DNA of 64,000 bases from a bacterium (GTDB taxonomy: Bacteria; UBA8248): positions 64,001 through 128,000 of the forward strand of contig OZ253442.1 of NCBI GenBank assembly GCA_965261085.1, written 5' to 3'. How positions within the stretch are numbered: position 1 is the stretch's first letter; every line of letters starts with the position of its first letter. Below, piece after piece: positions 38,275-47,822 of this stretch. Both the position numbers and the translations under genes were made by a program. The notes beneath the pieces are model-generated. The model had not been told where the DNA came from. It made no database searches and was given only the letters and a program-made list of their open reading frames with translations.

Positions 38275-38652
38275 TCAAAGAAACTGCGCGTTCTCGATGA
38301 TCGCCTCATCGAAATTCACGCCCTCGATGTCGGCGCCGGTCAACTCCGCGTCCCGGAAGCTCGCGCCGGCGACATCCGCATCACAAAGGTTCGCGTCGCG
38401 GAGGATGGCCCCGTCCAGATCCGCGTTTCGCAGATCCGCCTCGCGCATGTCCGCGCCCGAGAGATCCGCACCGCTCAAGTTCGCGCGCACCAGACTCGCA
38501 CCTCTCAGATTGGCGTCCGTGAGGTCGCACCCGCTCAAGTTCGCCCAGGAGAGGTCCTTTCCCTCCATCGAAAGAGGTTCGCCCCTTCGAGCGGCGTGTT
38601 CGATGATTTTCTCCAACTCTTCTCGCCGCATGTTCATGATGGGGAAAATCAT
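38275..38652 (-). CDS. pentapeptide repeat protein
   Basis: A(D/N)LxG pentapeptide run. Confidence 0.88.
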   Translation of the reverse strand: MIFPIMNMRREELEKIIEHAARRGEPLSMEGKDLSWANLSGCDLTDANLRGASLVRANLSGADLSGADMREADLRNADLDGAILRDANLCDADVAGASFRDAELTGADIEGVNFDEAIIENAQFL

Positions 38653-38851
38653 AAATCAGATCGGTAAACTTGCAAGGCCGGATTGACAAGAATCCGGCGC
38701 GAAGCCTACAAAGAGACCCATGCGCGAACACTTTGAAGATGAGCAACCGCCCCTCTTCGAAGAATCATCAAACTGAAAATGCGCTCTACAAGCAGCCAGA
38801 ATCCAGGCTGGGGAGAACGTCCCCGCCGGTGATAATCGACAGGAGAATTCC

Positions 38852-40633
38852 ATGAAGGTTCAAAAGGTAGGCGTCGTCGGTTTGGGAACGATGGGCTCGA
38901 ACATCGCTATCGTATGCGCCCGGGGCGGCAAGGAGACGGTGGTGTTCGAGGCCAACCCCGCGGCCATGGAATCCGGCATGGGGCGGGTGCGCGCCTTCCT
39001 CGACGCAGGCGTGCAAAAGGGCAAAACCTCCCCCGAGGAGAGAGACGCGATGATGGGCCGGATTAGTCAGGCCGGGTCGCTCTCCGGGCTCGAGGATTGC
39101 GATTTGGTGATCGAGGCCATCACCGAAGACCGCGAGGAGAAGAACAAGCTGCTCAGGAGCCTGAACGCCGTCCTGGGCAAGCGCGCCATCATCGCGTCCA
39201 ACACGAGCACGCTATCCATCTCCCACATGGGGGCGGCGTCGGGGCGGCCGTCCAAGACCATCGGCGCGCATTTCTGCCTGCCCGCAGCACTCAACAAGCT
39301 CGTGGAAGTCGTCCCCGGCCTCCTCACGAGCGATGACACCACAAGCGCGACAAGCGCCTTTCTGGAAGAAGTCGGCCAGACGCCCGTCACGGTCAAGGAT
39401 GCGCCCGGCTTCGTACTCAACTATTTCCTCGTGGCGTTTCAGAACGACTGCATCCGCCTCATCGAATCGGGCTACACCAACCCGGCGGACCTGGACGCGG
39501 GCGTGCGGCTCGGCCTGGGCTACAGGATGGGCCCCATGCGCCTGCTCGACATCGAGGGGCTCGACATTCACCGAACGGTCTCGCTCTCGATGTACGAACA
39601 ATTAAAGGACTCGCGCTACATCCCCCCGCCGCTGGTGGACCGCATGATAGACGGAGGCCATCTGGGCGCTAAGACGGGAAAGGGGTTTTACACCTATAAA
39701 TCCGCGGGCGTGTTCGGCGTCGCGGAACCCGAAGAAGACGCCGCGCATGCGCGCGACCTCTCCCGGGGACAACCCATCGCTGACGCGGTGAAAAAAGTGG
39801 GCGTGGTCGGCCTGGGCGCCATGGGTTCGGGCATCGCGCAGGTCTGCATCACCGCGGGGCTTGCGGTCACCGGCGTCGAGGTGAACCCGGACGCCCTGGA
39901 AGCGGGCCTCACCCGCATTCACAGGAACCTGGGCGGCGCGGTAAAACGCGGCAAGATGGATGAGGCCCGGAAAGAGGAAACGCTCGCGCGCCTGAGCGGG
40001 TCGACCGATCTGGACGCGCTTTCCGATTGCGACCTCATCATCGAGGTGATCGTCGAGAATCTGGACGCCAAGCTCGTGTTGTTCGAAAAGCTTGGGGCCA
40101 TCGCGAAAGAAGGCACCATCATCGCGTCGAACACCTCGTGCCTGTCGGTGACCGCCATGGCGGCCAAGACGAAAACCCCCGAGCGCGTGCTCGGCCTTCA
40201 CTTCTTCAACCCGCCCTACGCCATGCGGCTCGTCGAGGTGGTCGAGGCCATCCAGACGGCGCCCGAGATCACCGAGTTCGGGATCGCGTTCTGCCGCCGC
40301 ATCGGCAAGACGCCCATTCCCGTGAAGGACAGGCCGGGGTTCCTGGTGAACCGCCTCCTGGTGCCCTATCTCAACCACGCCGCCCATGCGTTCGATGAGG
40401 GACTCGCGGACAGAGAGAGCATGGACAAGGCTATCAGCATGGGACTCGGACACCCCATGGGCCCGCTCACGCTCATCGACCTGGTGGGCGTGGACGTGCA
40501 GACCTTCGTCGCCGATTCGATGGCCGACGAACTGGGCGAGGCCAGGTTCTACGCGCCGCCCATCCTGCGCCGGATGACCTCGGCGCAGTGGCTGGGGAGA
40601 AAGACGGGCAAGGGCTTTTATGATTACGCATAG
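38852..40633 (+). CDS. tandem double 3-hydroxyacyl-CoA dehydrogenase
   Basis: Two full units, each with GVVGLG.MG, ASNTS, HF and G.KTGKGFY. Confidence 0.9.
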   Translation: MKVQKVGVVGLGTMGSNIAIVCARGGKETVVFEANPAAMESGMGRVRAFLDAGVQKGKTSPEERDAMMGRISQAGSLSGLEDCDLVIEAITEDREEKNKLLRSLNAVLGKRAIIASNTSTLSISHMGAASGRPSKTIGAHFCLPAALNKLVEVVPGLLTSDDTTSATSAFLEEVGQTPVTVKDAPGFVLNYFLVAFQNDCIRLIESGYTNPADLDAGVRLGLGYRMGPMRLLDIEGLDIHRTVSLSMYEQLKDSRYIPPPLVDRMIDGGHLGAKTGKGFYTYKSAGVFGVAEPEEDAAHARDLSRGQPIADAVKKVGVVGLGAMGSGIAQVCITAGLAVTGVEVNPDALEAGLTRIHRNLGGAVKRGKMDEARKEETLARLSGSTDLDALSDCDLIIEVIVENLDAKLVLFEKLGAIAKEGTIIASNTSCLSVTAMAAKTKTPERVLGLHFFNPPYAMRLVEVVEAIQTAPEITEFGIAFCRRIGKTPIPVKDRPGFLVNRLLVPYLNHAAHAFDEGLADRESMDKAISMGLGHPMGPLTLIDLVGVDVQTFVADSMADELGEARFYAPPILRRMTSAQWLGRKTGKGFYDYA

Positions 40634-40707
40634 GCGGCCTTAGCCGTAGCCGCCCCGGAATTCACGATGCCGACCGCCGCCACGCCCATCGCCCGGGGAG
40701 AGGCGCA

Positions 40708-41658
40708 GTGAGCCGAGCGTTCGCAAAACCCATCGTCGTGGTGAGCAAGTGCCTCGAGTTCGAGGCATGCCGCTACAACGGCGAGCGAATTTCATCGCGC
40801 TTCATCGAACGGCTCAACCCGCACGTCCGCTTCCGGCCGGTATGCCCCGAGGTGGAGATAGATCTCGGCACGCCGCGAGACCCGATACGAATCTATTTAG
40901 AAGACGAAAAGAAGGCCCTCTACCAGCCCGGCACGCGCAAACACCTGACCCAGAAGATGAACGCCTTTTCCGGGCGGTTTCTCGCGAGTCTCGAAGAGGT
41001 CGACGGCTTTATCCTGAAAGCGAAATCCCCGTCTTGCGCGATTACGGACGCCAAGATATTTCCCGCTCCCGCCTCGACCGGCCACATCGCCCAGGGGTCG
41101 GGCGTGTTCGCCGAGGCTGCGCTCGAAAAGTTCAGCAAGCACGCGTTCGTGGATGAGACGGGGCTGAACTACAGGCAAGTTCGCGCGGGTTTTCTCACCA
41201 GAATCTTCGCGCTCGCCGGCTTCCGCGAAGCCGGGAAATCAGGCCGCCCCGCCCGCCTCGTCCGCTACCACGCGGAGAACAAACTCCTGTTCATGGCCTA
41301 CCATCAAGAGACCATGCGTGAGATGGGGAGAATCATGGCGAATCACCAAACGCGCGAATTCAGCGAGGTCGTCTCCGCTTACGAAAGCGCGCTCACGAGA
41401 CTCCTCTCCCATCCGCCTGCGCGCGCCTCATACGTGAACGCCCTCACCCACGCAATGGGGCATTTTTCCGAGAAAACCAGCAGGGAAGAGAAGAGTCGCT
41501 TTCTCGCTACGCTCGAAGAATACCGGGAGGGAAAAATTCCGCTGAGCGAACCGCTCGAAATGCTTGAAGACTGGACGGCGCGCCTGGGCTCAGAGTACCT
41601 GGAAGCGCAGACTCTCTTCGAGCCCTATCCGAGGGTGTTGGGGGGTGGGGGGGAATGA
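40708..41658 (+). CDS. DUF523 (2-thiouracil desulfurase-like) plus DUF1722 (YbgA) fusion
   Basis: VSKCL...RYNG, VCPE, KSPSC, G.GVFA, H..NKLLFMA, N.L.H.MG.F. Confidence 0.88.
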   Translation: MSRAFAKPIVVVSKCLEFEACRYNGERISSRFIERLNPHVRFRPVCPEVEIDLGTPRDPIRIYLEDEKKALYQPGTRKHLTQKMNAFSGRFLASLEEVDGFILKAKSPSCAITDAKIFPAPASTGHIAQGSGVFAEAALEKFSKHAFVDETGLNYRQVRAGFLTRIFALAGFREAGKSGRPARLVRYHAENKLLFMAYHQETMREMGRIMANHQTREFSEVVSAYESALTRLLSHPPARASYVNALTHAMGHFSEKTSREEKSRFLATLEEYREGKIPLSEPLEMLEDWTARLGSEYLEAQTLFEPYPRVLGGGGE

Positions 41659-41860
41659 TCGAAAATACAATCAAAGTACTTCCAGATGGCCGATATTCCG
41701 CTCCCACTGTGTGGAAAATACAAGTACATGACCGATATAACCGAATATTAATGCACAGCTTAAAACAACGATATTGCATTATTGCTTGACAAAATGTTAT
41801 ATTTCTGCAAATTAAGCTTTATCTTGGCGCATTCATCGTCAAGAAAAGGAGAGAATCGAC

Positions 41861-43144
41861 ATGTTGCTCCGCTTTGGCGTCTCCAACCATCTCTCGATAC
41901 GTGATTACCAGGAATTGTCGCTAGCGGCGTCTTCGCTGAAGGAGCGACAAGAAGAAAAACTCATCCGCTGCGAAGCGGTACCCACTAAACATGTTGTGCC
42001 ATCAGTCGTGATCTACGGCGCAAATGCATCGGGCAAGAGCAACCTCATCGACGCGATAGCAACCATGCGGGGCATGGTTTTACTGTCTCAAACCAAAGGG
42101 GAACCAGACGGAGGGGTACCCCGCCATCCTTTCAGGCTAGATGAGAACAGCCCCCGGTTGCCGACTCGTTTCGATATCGATTTTCTCATTGACGGTGTAC
42201 GATACCACTACGGCTTTGAGGCGTCAGACTCTGCGTTCGAGTCTGAATGGCTATACACCATTCCCAAGTCCCATCGCCAGATGTTGTTCGAACGCACAGG
42301 TGATGAATTTCGTTTTGGGCGTGGGCTGAGAGGACAAAACAGAGTTATCGCCCGCTTGACGAGACCTAACAGCCTGTTCGTGTCCGCAGCGGCTCAAAAC
42401 GGCCACGAACAGCTTTCAAAAGTGTTCGGGTATTTTTCCTCGCTCCGCGCCATCTGGAGCATCGCTGTCCCCGAGGAGGCGGTTTCATCGCGAATATCCG
42501 AGGATAAACTGGATGACCGGGTGATCGACTTCCTTGGCAAGATCGATACTGGGGTCATTGGCTACCGACAAAAAGAATCCGAACTGTCTGAAGAAATGCA
42601 AGGAATTCAACGAGAGTTATTCACGTTGTTTAAGAAGATAAGCGGCACTGAAACACCGGAAGTTAAAGATAAGCATGTCACCATCGAACTCCGCCATCGT
42701 GGGCGAGGAGGCTCGCCGTTCTACCTTGAATTGGACAGTGAGAGCGCCGGAACAAGGAGGCTACTGATCGTGCTTGACCTTGCATTTCGCGCGCTCGACG
42801 AAGGCGCGCCCTTGTTCATCGACGAACTGGACGCCAGCCTGCACACCCGGGCCGCCGAGGCGGTTCTGAAACTGTTCTGCTCGCGGGAGACCAATCCCAA
42901 AGGCGCGCAACTCATCTCGACGACTCACGACACCAATTTGCTAAACTCGTCCTTACTGCGGCGCGATGAGGTCTGGTTCACTGAAAAAGACGCTGACGGC
43001 GCGACCCAACTCTATCCGCTAATCGACATTCGAACCCGCAGGGGCGATAACATCGAGAAGGGGTATCTCCAGGGCCGTTACGGCGCAGTTCCCTTCGACG
43101 ACCCCATCTCGGCTCTCGGCTCGACCCTTGGCGCGTCGAACTAA
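41861..43144 (+). CDS. RloA/AbiLi-like ABC ATPase
   Basis: YGANASGKSN, ESAGTRR, FIDELDASLH, AQLISTTH, YLQGRYGAVP. Confidence 0.88.
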   Translation: MLLRFGVSNHLSIRDYQELSLAASSLKERQEEKLIRCEAVPTKHVVPSVVIYGANASGKSNLIDAIATMRGMVLLSQTKGEPDGGVPRHPFRLDENSPRLPTRFDIDFLIDGVRYHYGFEASDSAFESEWLYTIPKSHRQMLFERTGDEFRFGRGLRGQNRVIARLTRPNSLFVSAAAQNGHEQLSKVFGYFSSLRAIWSIAVPEEAVSSRISEDKLDDRVIDFLGKIDTGVIGYRQKESELSEEMQGIQRELFTLFKKISGTETPEVKDKHVTIELRHRGRGGSPFYLELDSESAGTRRLLIVLDLAFRALDEGAPLFIDELDASLHTRAAEAVLKLFCSRETNPKGAQLISTTHDTNLLNSSLLRRDEVWFTEKDADGATQLYPLIDIRTRRGDNIEKGYLQGRYGAVPFDDPISALGSTLGASN

Positions 43145-43799
43145 AGCCGCCAAGCGCGCAACCCCGAACCTAAAGCGTCGCCGCTATCGGCGTGAACCGA
43201 AGCGGAGCTTTATCGTGTTTTGCGAAGGCAAGAATACGGAGCCGGCCTATTTCGGTGCAGTGAAGCGCGCCTACAGAGACACCTTAATTTCCGTGGAAAT
43301 AGTCCCCGCCGTGGGCGTTCCCTACACCATCGCGAAAAAAGCCGTTGAGCACGCCCGAGATTTGGGACTCGACCGGCGCAGTCGCCGTAAAAAGGACTCG
43401 TTCGAGAAAAACGACCAGGTCTGGGCCGTGTTCGACAGAGACGAACATCCTCATTTCGACGAAGCGGTGGCATTTTGCCAACAGCGCGGCGTCCACGTCG
43501 GCCGCTCCAACCCATGTTTCGAGCTTTGGTTAGTTCTGCATGAGATGGATTTCGACCGGACCGAAGATCGACACGAGATGCAAAGGATATTAAAAAAACT
43601 GCGACCGGAATATGACATGAACAGTGAGAAAACGCCCGACTGCGACGAGATGGTCACGCGAGTGGAAGAAGCTGAGGAACGCAGCGAAAGACAACTACGA
43701 AAACACGAACAGGGGGGCAATCCATACGGCAACCCTTCGACTACCGTAGGCCGTCTGACCCACGCGATCCGTGAAGCCGCTAAGTTAGCCGGGGGTTGA
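43128..43799 (+). CDS. RloB/AbiLii-like TOPRIM protein
   Basis: CEGKNTEPAYF, VWAVFDRD, SNPCFELWL.LH, NPST.V..L. Confidence 0.9.
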   Translation: MARRTKAAKRATPNLKRRRYRREPKRSFIVFCEGKNTEPAYFGAVKRAYRDTLISVEIVPAVGVPYTIAKKAVEHARDLGLDRRSRRKKDSFEKNDQVWAVFDRDEHPHFDEAVAFCQQRGVHVGRSNPCFELWLVLHEMDFDRTEDRHEMQRILKKLRPEYDMNSEKTPDCDEMVTRVEEAEERSERQLRKHEQGGNPYGNPSTTVGRLTHAIREAAKLAGG

Positions 43800-43917
43800 C
43801 TCGACGACGCCTCGTGCTTTCATCACCTATGCCCGCCCTAATCACCTCCACTACCTACATTGCTTCACCGGGAGTCAAGTTTTTTTGTCGGCTCTAAAGC
43901 CCCTCCGGGCCGCACCC

Positions 43918-45222
43918 TCAAATGCCGTCGACCTCTGATTCTGCCGAGGAGGGATCGTAGAAGTTGAAATCGTCCGCATCGAGATCCGCGACGTCGAAAC
44001 CCTCCAGCCGGATCGTGCCGCCTCCTTGCGAGGTCAGGTCGATGACGGCGTCGGTTCCATCGGCGCTTATGGTCAGATCCTCAAAACCGGTAATGCCCGT
44101 GATCGCCGTGAGGTCAATGGCGTCCTCCCCGTCGGTGAAGTCGGTGATCGTGTCGGTTCCGAAGCTGCCGTTGAAATAGAAGGTGTCCGCATCGGCGCCG
44201 CCCGTGAGCGTGTCGTCCCCGAGCCCGCCGTTCAGCGAATCGGCGCCCGCGCCGCCAAAGAGTTCATCCGTGCCGGAGCCGGCGACAATCCTGTCGTTGT
44301 CCGCGCCGCCGTAGAGTTCGTCATCGCCTGAGCCGCCGACGAGCCAGTCGTTGCCGGCGTCGCCGAAGATCGTGTCATCGCCTGCGTCGCCAAGGAGCGA
44401 ATCCTTGCCCTCGCCGCCCCGGATACTGTCGTCACCGCCGCCGCCGAAAACCGTGTCGTCGCCCCCCAGGGCGTCGATGTTCTCGGCGGTCGCGTCACCC
44501 AGAATCCTGTCGTTGGATCCTGTGCCGTATTCCCAACTAGTGGCGAAGATGAAATCGTCGGCATCCAGATTGTCCGCCGTAAACCCTTCGAGAAATATCG
44601 TGCCGCCGCCGTGTTCGGTCAGATCGATTGTGACGCCGTCGTCGCTGGAGGTGATGGTCAGGTCATCGAAACTGGAGATATTGTTGAAACTCAGTTCGAT
44701 CTTGTCTTCTCCGGAGGTGAAATCGTAGACGACGTCGTTTCCGTGGCCCGGTGCGAACACGAACGTATCGGCTCCAGCGTCGCCATACATTTCATCGTCG
44801 CCCGTTCCGCCGGAAATGGTGTCGGCTCCTGCACCACCCTCCAGCATGTCATTACCCTCGCCGCCATAAAGAACATCGTCGCCCTCGTGGCCCGCAAGGC
44901 TGTCTGCCTCGGCACCACCTCTTAAAGTGTCATTACCTGCGCCGCCCCCGAGAAAATCAGCACCCTCACCGCCATCGAGTTCGTCGTTCCCCTCTCCTCC
45001 TTCTATCCAATCCTGACCTTCGCCGCCCGTGATGGTATCGTTGCCCACCCCGCCGTAGAGCGCGTCCCAGCCGGCCCCACCCGTGATGCTGTCGTCCCCT
45101 CCGCCACCTTCGATCCGGTCTCCGTCATCATCGGCCTGGAGAACGTCGTCTCCCGAGGTGCCGGTAATCGTGTTTTGCTGAGGCGTGTTTTCCTCGCCCA
45201 CGTTTTCATCAGGCACGTCCAT
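43918..45222 (-). CDS. RTX calcium-binding protein (third paralogue)
   Basis: GGxGxD nonapeptides in two blocks with DF..GED.I.L domains; ends VDGI. Confidence 0.93.
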   Translation of the reverse strand: MDVPDENVGEENTPQQNTITGTSGDDVLQADDDGDRIEGGGGDDSITGGAGWDALYGGVGNDTITGGEGQDWIEGGEGNDELDGGEGADFLGGGAGNDTLRGGAEADSLAGHEGDDVLYGGEGNDMLEGGAGADTISGGTGDDEMYGDAGADTFVFAPGHGNDVVYDFTSGEDKIELSFNNISSFDDLTITSSDDGVTIDLTEHGGGTIFLEGFTADNLDADDFIFATSWEYGTGSNDRILGDATAENIDALGGDDTVFGGGGDDSIRGGEGKDSLLGDAGDDTIFGDAGNDWLVGGSGDDELYGGADNDRIVAGSGTDELFGGAGADSLNGGLGDDTLTGGADADTFYFNGSFGTDTITDFTDGEDAIDLTAITGITGFEDLTISADGTDAVIDLTSQGGGTIRLEGFDVADLDADDFNFYDPSSAESEVDGI

Positions 45223-45329
45223 TTCTCCTCATTCAGGAACCAGTCGACGACTCGAGCGCGACGGGCACCCTCTCGCCCGGAACGGATAACGGGTTAAAAT
45301 TCAAGCATACATTAACTTTTAACTATCAA

Positions 45330-45359
45330 ATTTTAATATTCCGGCGAAAGCTGCGTCAA
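45330..45359 (-). promoter_or_regulatory. possible sigma70 promoter for the RTX gene
   Basis: TTGACG-N18-TAAAAT on the minus strand. Confidence 0.35.
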
Positions 45360-45563
45360 GAAAAATTTTTGGGGAAAGAGTACCTATTCCACCTCGCAAA
45401 ATGAATTTCAACCGGAGCCATCCGAAAACGACGGGAACAATCCCTCCCCCGCATCTCCCCGTATTTGCCGTTATCGCGTCATCAAGGGAATCCGCCAGAA
45501 TCTCCTGCGAGGAGGCATTCTCATGAATGCAAACTATATGGAAAAAGGAAATGCGCTGCGCCT

Positions 45564-45670
45564 CTCTCCCCGATCGGGATTGAAGTGCGCCAAAGGATGC
45601 GCCATGAATTTCGATAAAATAGTGAAAAATCAGGTAAATATCGATAAATTCACGATGTTTTTCGATAAAA
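45564..45670. promoter_or_regulatory. conserved element upstream of the third RTX gene (copy B)
   Basis: CTCTCCCCGATCGGGATTGA ... CGATAAATTCACGATGTTTTTCGATAAA. Confidence 0.6.
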
Positions 45671-45825
45671 TGCTCGCCGGTAAAATCATCGTAAGATATT
45701 GAAATTAAAAGTAAATCAATACAAATCTTAGCGCAGACGACTCAAATAAACGCCAAAAAAAATCAAACGCATCGCATTTGCCCGCAACTTCCCGCATCTG
45801 CCCGCTTTGGCCTGAAAGGCGGGCC

Positions 45826-46728
45826 TTAGGAGGTGGGCTTGATCCTCGAAGGCAGACCCCCCATCTCGCGCAGCACCTCGTAGAAGGCGACGGTGTCCTC
45901 TTCCGCATAACCCCGCTCATAGGCCATCTGCACCACCTGGGACCAGAGGTTCGTCATCAGCATGGGCGAGCCGTGGAGTTGGCCTTGCTCCAGCATGAGG
46001 CGCGAATCCTTAAGCGAGGTCTTCACCTGGCCCTGTTTCGAGTAATCCGCGTGAATCATCTTGGGACCCTTGTCTATCATCGTTTTGGAGGAACACGCCC
46101 CGTCTTTGAGCACTTCCAAAAGGGTGTCCATCTCGAGACCCACCTTCGTGCCGAGCATCAGCCCCTCGGCCAGGGCGAGCCGGTTGCCCGCCAGGATCAT
46201 GTTGATGACGAGCTTCGTCCGTGCGCCCGAGCCCACCGGCCCCATATAGTACGCCGCCCGGCTGAAACCGGCGAAAACAGCGCGGCAGGCGTCGAAATCC
46301 TCCGCCTCACCGCCCGCGATGACCACCAGATCCTTCGCCACGGCCATGGTGCTCGTCCCGCTCACGGCGGAATCGAGAAATCGGATTCCCCGCTCTTTCA
46401 AATCCCCGGCGAGACGAACCGAATCCTCAGGACGCGAGGTCGTCGTATCGAGGTGGTAGAGACCCTCTTTCGCCCCCTCGGCGATGCCGCCCGCCCCGAG
46501 AGTGGCCTCGCGCGCAACGTCGCTGTTGGGCAAAGAGGTGATGACGAAGTTCACGCCTCTGGCGGCTTCAGCGGGCGTCTCGGCGGGATGGCCGCCTTTT
46601 TCGCGCAAATCATCCATGCGAGCGGAGTCCACGTCGAAGCCCTGCACCTCGAAGCCCGTCTCATGCATGTTCTTGATGAACGCCTGGCCCATCAGTCCCA
46701 TGCCCACGATACCCACACGTTGCGACAT
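45826..46728 (-). CDS. beta-hydroxyacid dehydrogenase family protein
   Basis: GIVGMGLMG, LDSAVSG, TKLVIN. Confidence 0.87.
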   Translation of the reverse strand: MSQRVGIVGMGLMGQAFIKNMHETGFEVQGFDVDSARMDDLREKGGHPAETPAEAARGVNFVITSLPNSDVAREATLGAGGIAEGAKEGLYHLDTTTSRPEDSVRLAGDLKERGIRFLDSAVSGTSTMAVAKDLVVIAGGEAEDFDACRAVFAGFSRAAYYMGPVGSGARTKLVINMILAGNRLALAEGLMLGTKVGLEMDTLLEVLKDGACSSKTMIDKGPKMIHADYSKQGQVKTSLKDSRLMLEQGQLHGSPMLMTNLWSQVVQMAYERGYAEEDTVAFYEVLREMGGLPSRIKPTS

Positions 46729-46881
46729 ACTTCTTTCTCCTCTCATGGCAGTGAATTTCGCTCCCTTTTAGGACGTTCGCCCCCCGAGAACAAGCCGCGC
46801 GGCTCCCCCAAAAGCATTTCGCGCCGCGAAAACCCCTAAAGGCGCTTTCAGAACCATCCCCAGCCGTTGTATTCTTCTCAT

Positions 46882-46978
46882 GGGAGCGCATCGGTGCTGG
46901 TGTGCCGCCTGGACTTCAAATCCAGTGGACGGGGCTAATCACTTCGTCGGTGGGTTCGACTCCCACGCGTTCCCGCCA
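46882..46978 (+). tRNA. selC: tRNA-Sec (anticodon TCA)
   Basis: 8-bp acceptor GGGAGCGC/GCGTTCCC, 6-bp D stem with TGGT loop, CTGGA-CTTCAAA-TCCAG, long variable arm, GTGGG-TTCGACT-CCCAC, G73 plus CCA. Confidence 0.96.
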
Positions 46979-47032
46979 GTTTTGCCACCCTCCCGCCAGA
47001 TTCACGGCAGTGAGATGACCCGCTAAAAAACA

Positions 47033-47776
47033 TCACACAATCGTCAAACCGCCATCTAATACCAGAATCTGGCCCGTCATGTAGGATGAGCGGGGCGTCA
47101 CCAGATACTCCATGGCGTCGAGCACTTCATCGACCCGCCCGAACCTGCCCATGGGCGATTTGCGGTAGCGCTCCGCCAGGTTCTCGGGGTCGCCGTCTCC
47201 TTGAGTTTCCCTGAGCTTCGTCAGCACCGGACCCGCAGCTATGGCGTTCACGCGTATGTTCCAATCCGCCAGTTCGACGGCCAGCGCACGAGTGAGGCCC
47301 TCCACCCCGCCCTTTACGGCGACGTACACCACGCGCTCCTTGGCCGGCGTGTGCGCGTAAAAACTCGACATGTTGACGATGGCGCCGCCGCCTCGCTTAT
47401 TCATCTCGGCAGCCGCACGCTTCGCGCACAGGATGTTGCCCTTGAGACCCACGGCCAGCGCCAGGTCGATCGTGGCCTCCTCGACCTCCGCCAGAGGGCC
47501 GTTCCCCCGAATGACGGCGCAATTGATCAGAACGTCCACGCCACCGAATTTCCCGACCACCGCGTCGAAAGCGTCCTCGACGCCCTTTTCATTAGAGAGG
47601 TCCCCCTTTACGCCAAAGATGGCGCCGGGCGATTCCGCTTCGAGCCTGCGCAGGCCCTCTTCGTCCACGTCCACGGCCGCTACTTTCGCTCCCATGCCCG
47701 AAAACCGTCGCGCGGCGTCCGCCCCGATTCCCCGGGCCGCGCCCGTGATGACGAAAATTTTCCCGTTCAGTTCCAT
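47033..47776 (-). CDS. short-chain dehydrogenase/reductase
   Basis: TGAARGIG, YVAVK, IRVNAI, LDGG. Confidence 0.9.
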   Translation of the reverse strand: MELNGKIFVITGAARGIGADAARRFSGMGAKVAAVDVDEEGLRRLEAESPGAIFGVKGDLSNEKGVEDAFDAVVGKFGGVDVLINCAVIRGNGPLAEVEEATIDLALAVGLKGNILCAKRAAAEMNKRGGGAIVNMSSFYAHTPAKERVVYVAVKGGVEGLTRALAVELADWNIRVNAIAAGPVLTKLRETQGDGDPENLAERYRKSPMGRFGRVDEVLDAMEYLVTPRSSYMTGQILVLDGGLTIV

Positions 47777-47822
47777 AGCGGTCCTTCCACTCACCGACCA
47801 ACGAGAGGCGCAAGATTCCCGC

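Noticed and set aside
41660-47000. selC-integrated genomic island
   Set aside because: There is no integrase and no long att duplication, and the accessory genes lie 5' of the tRNA
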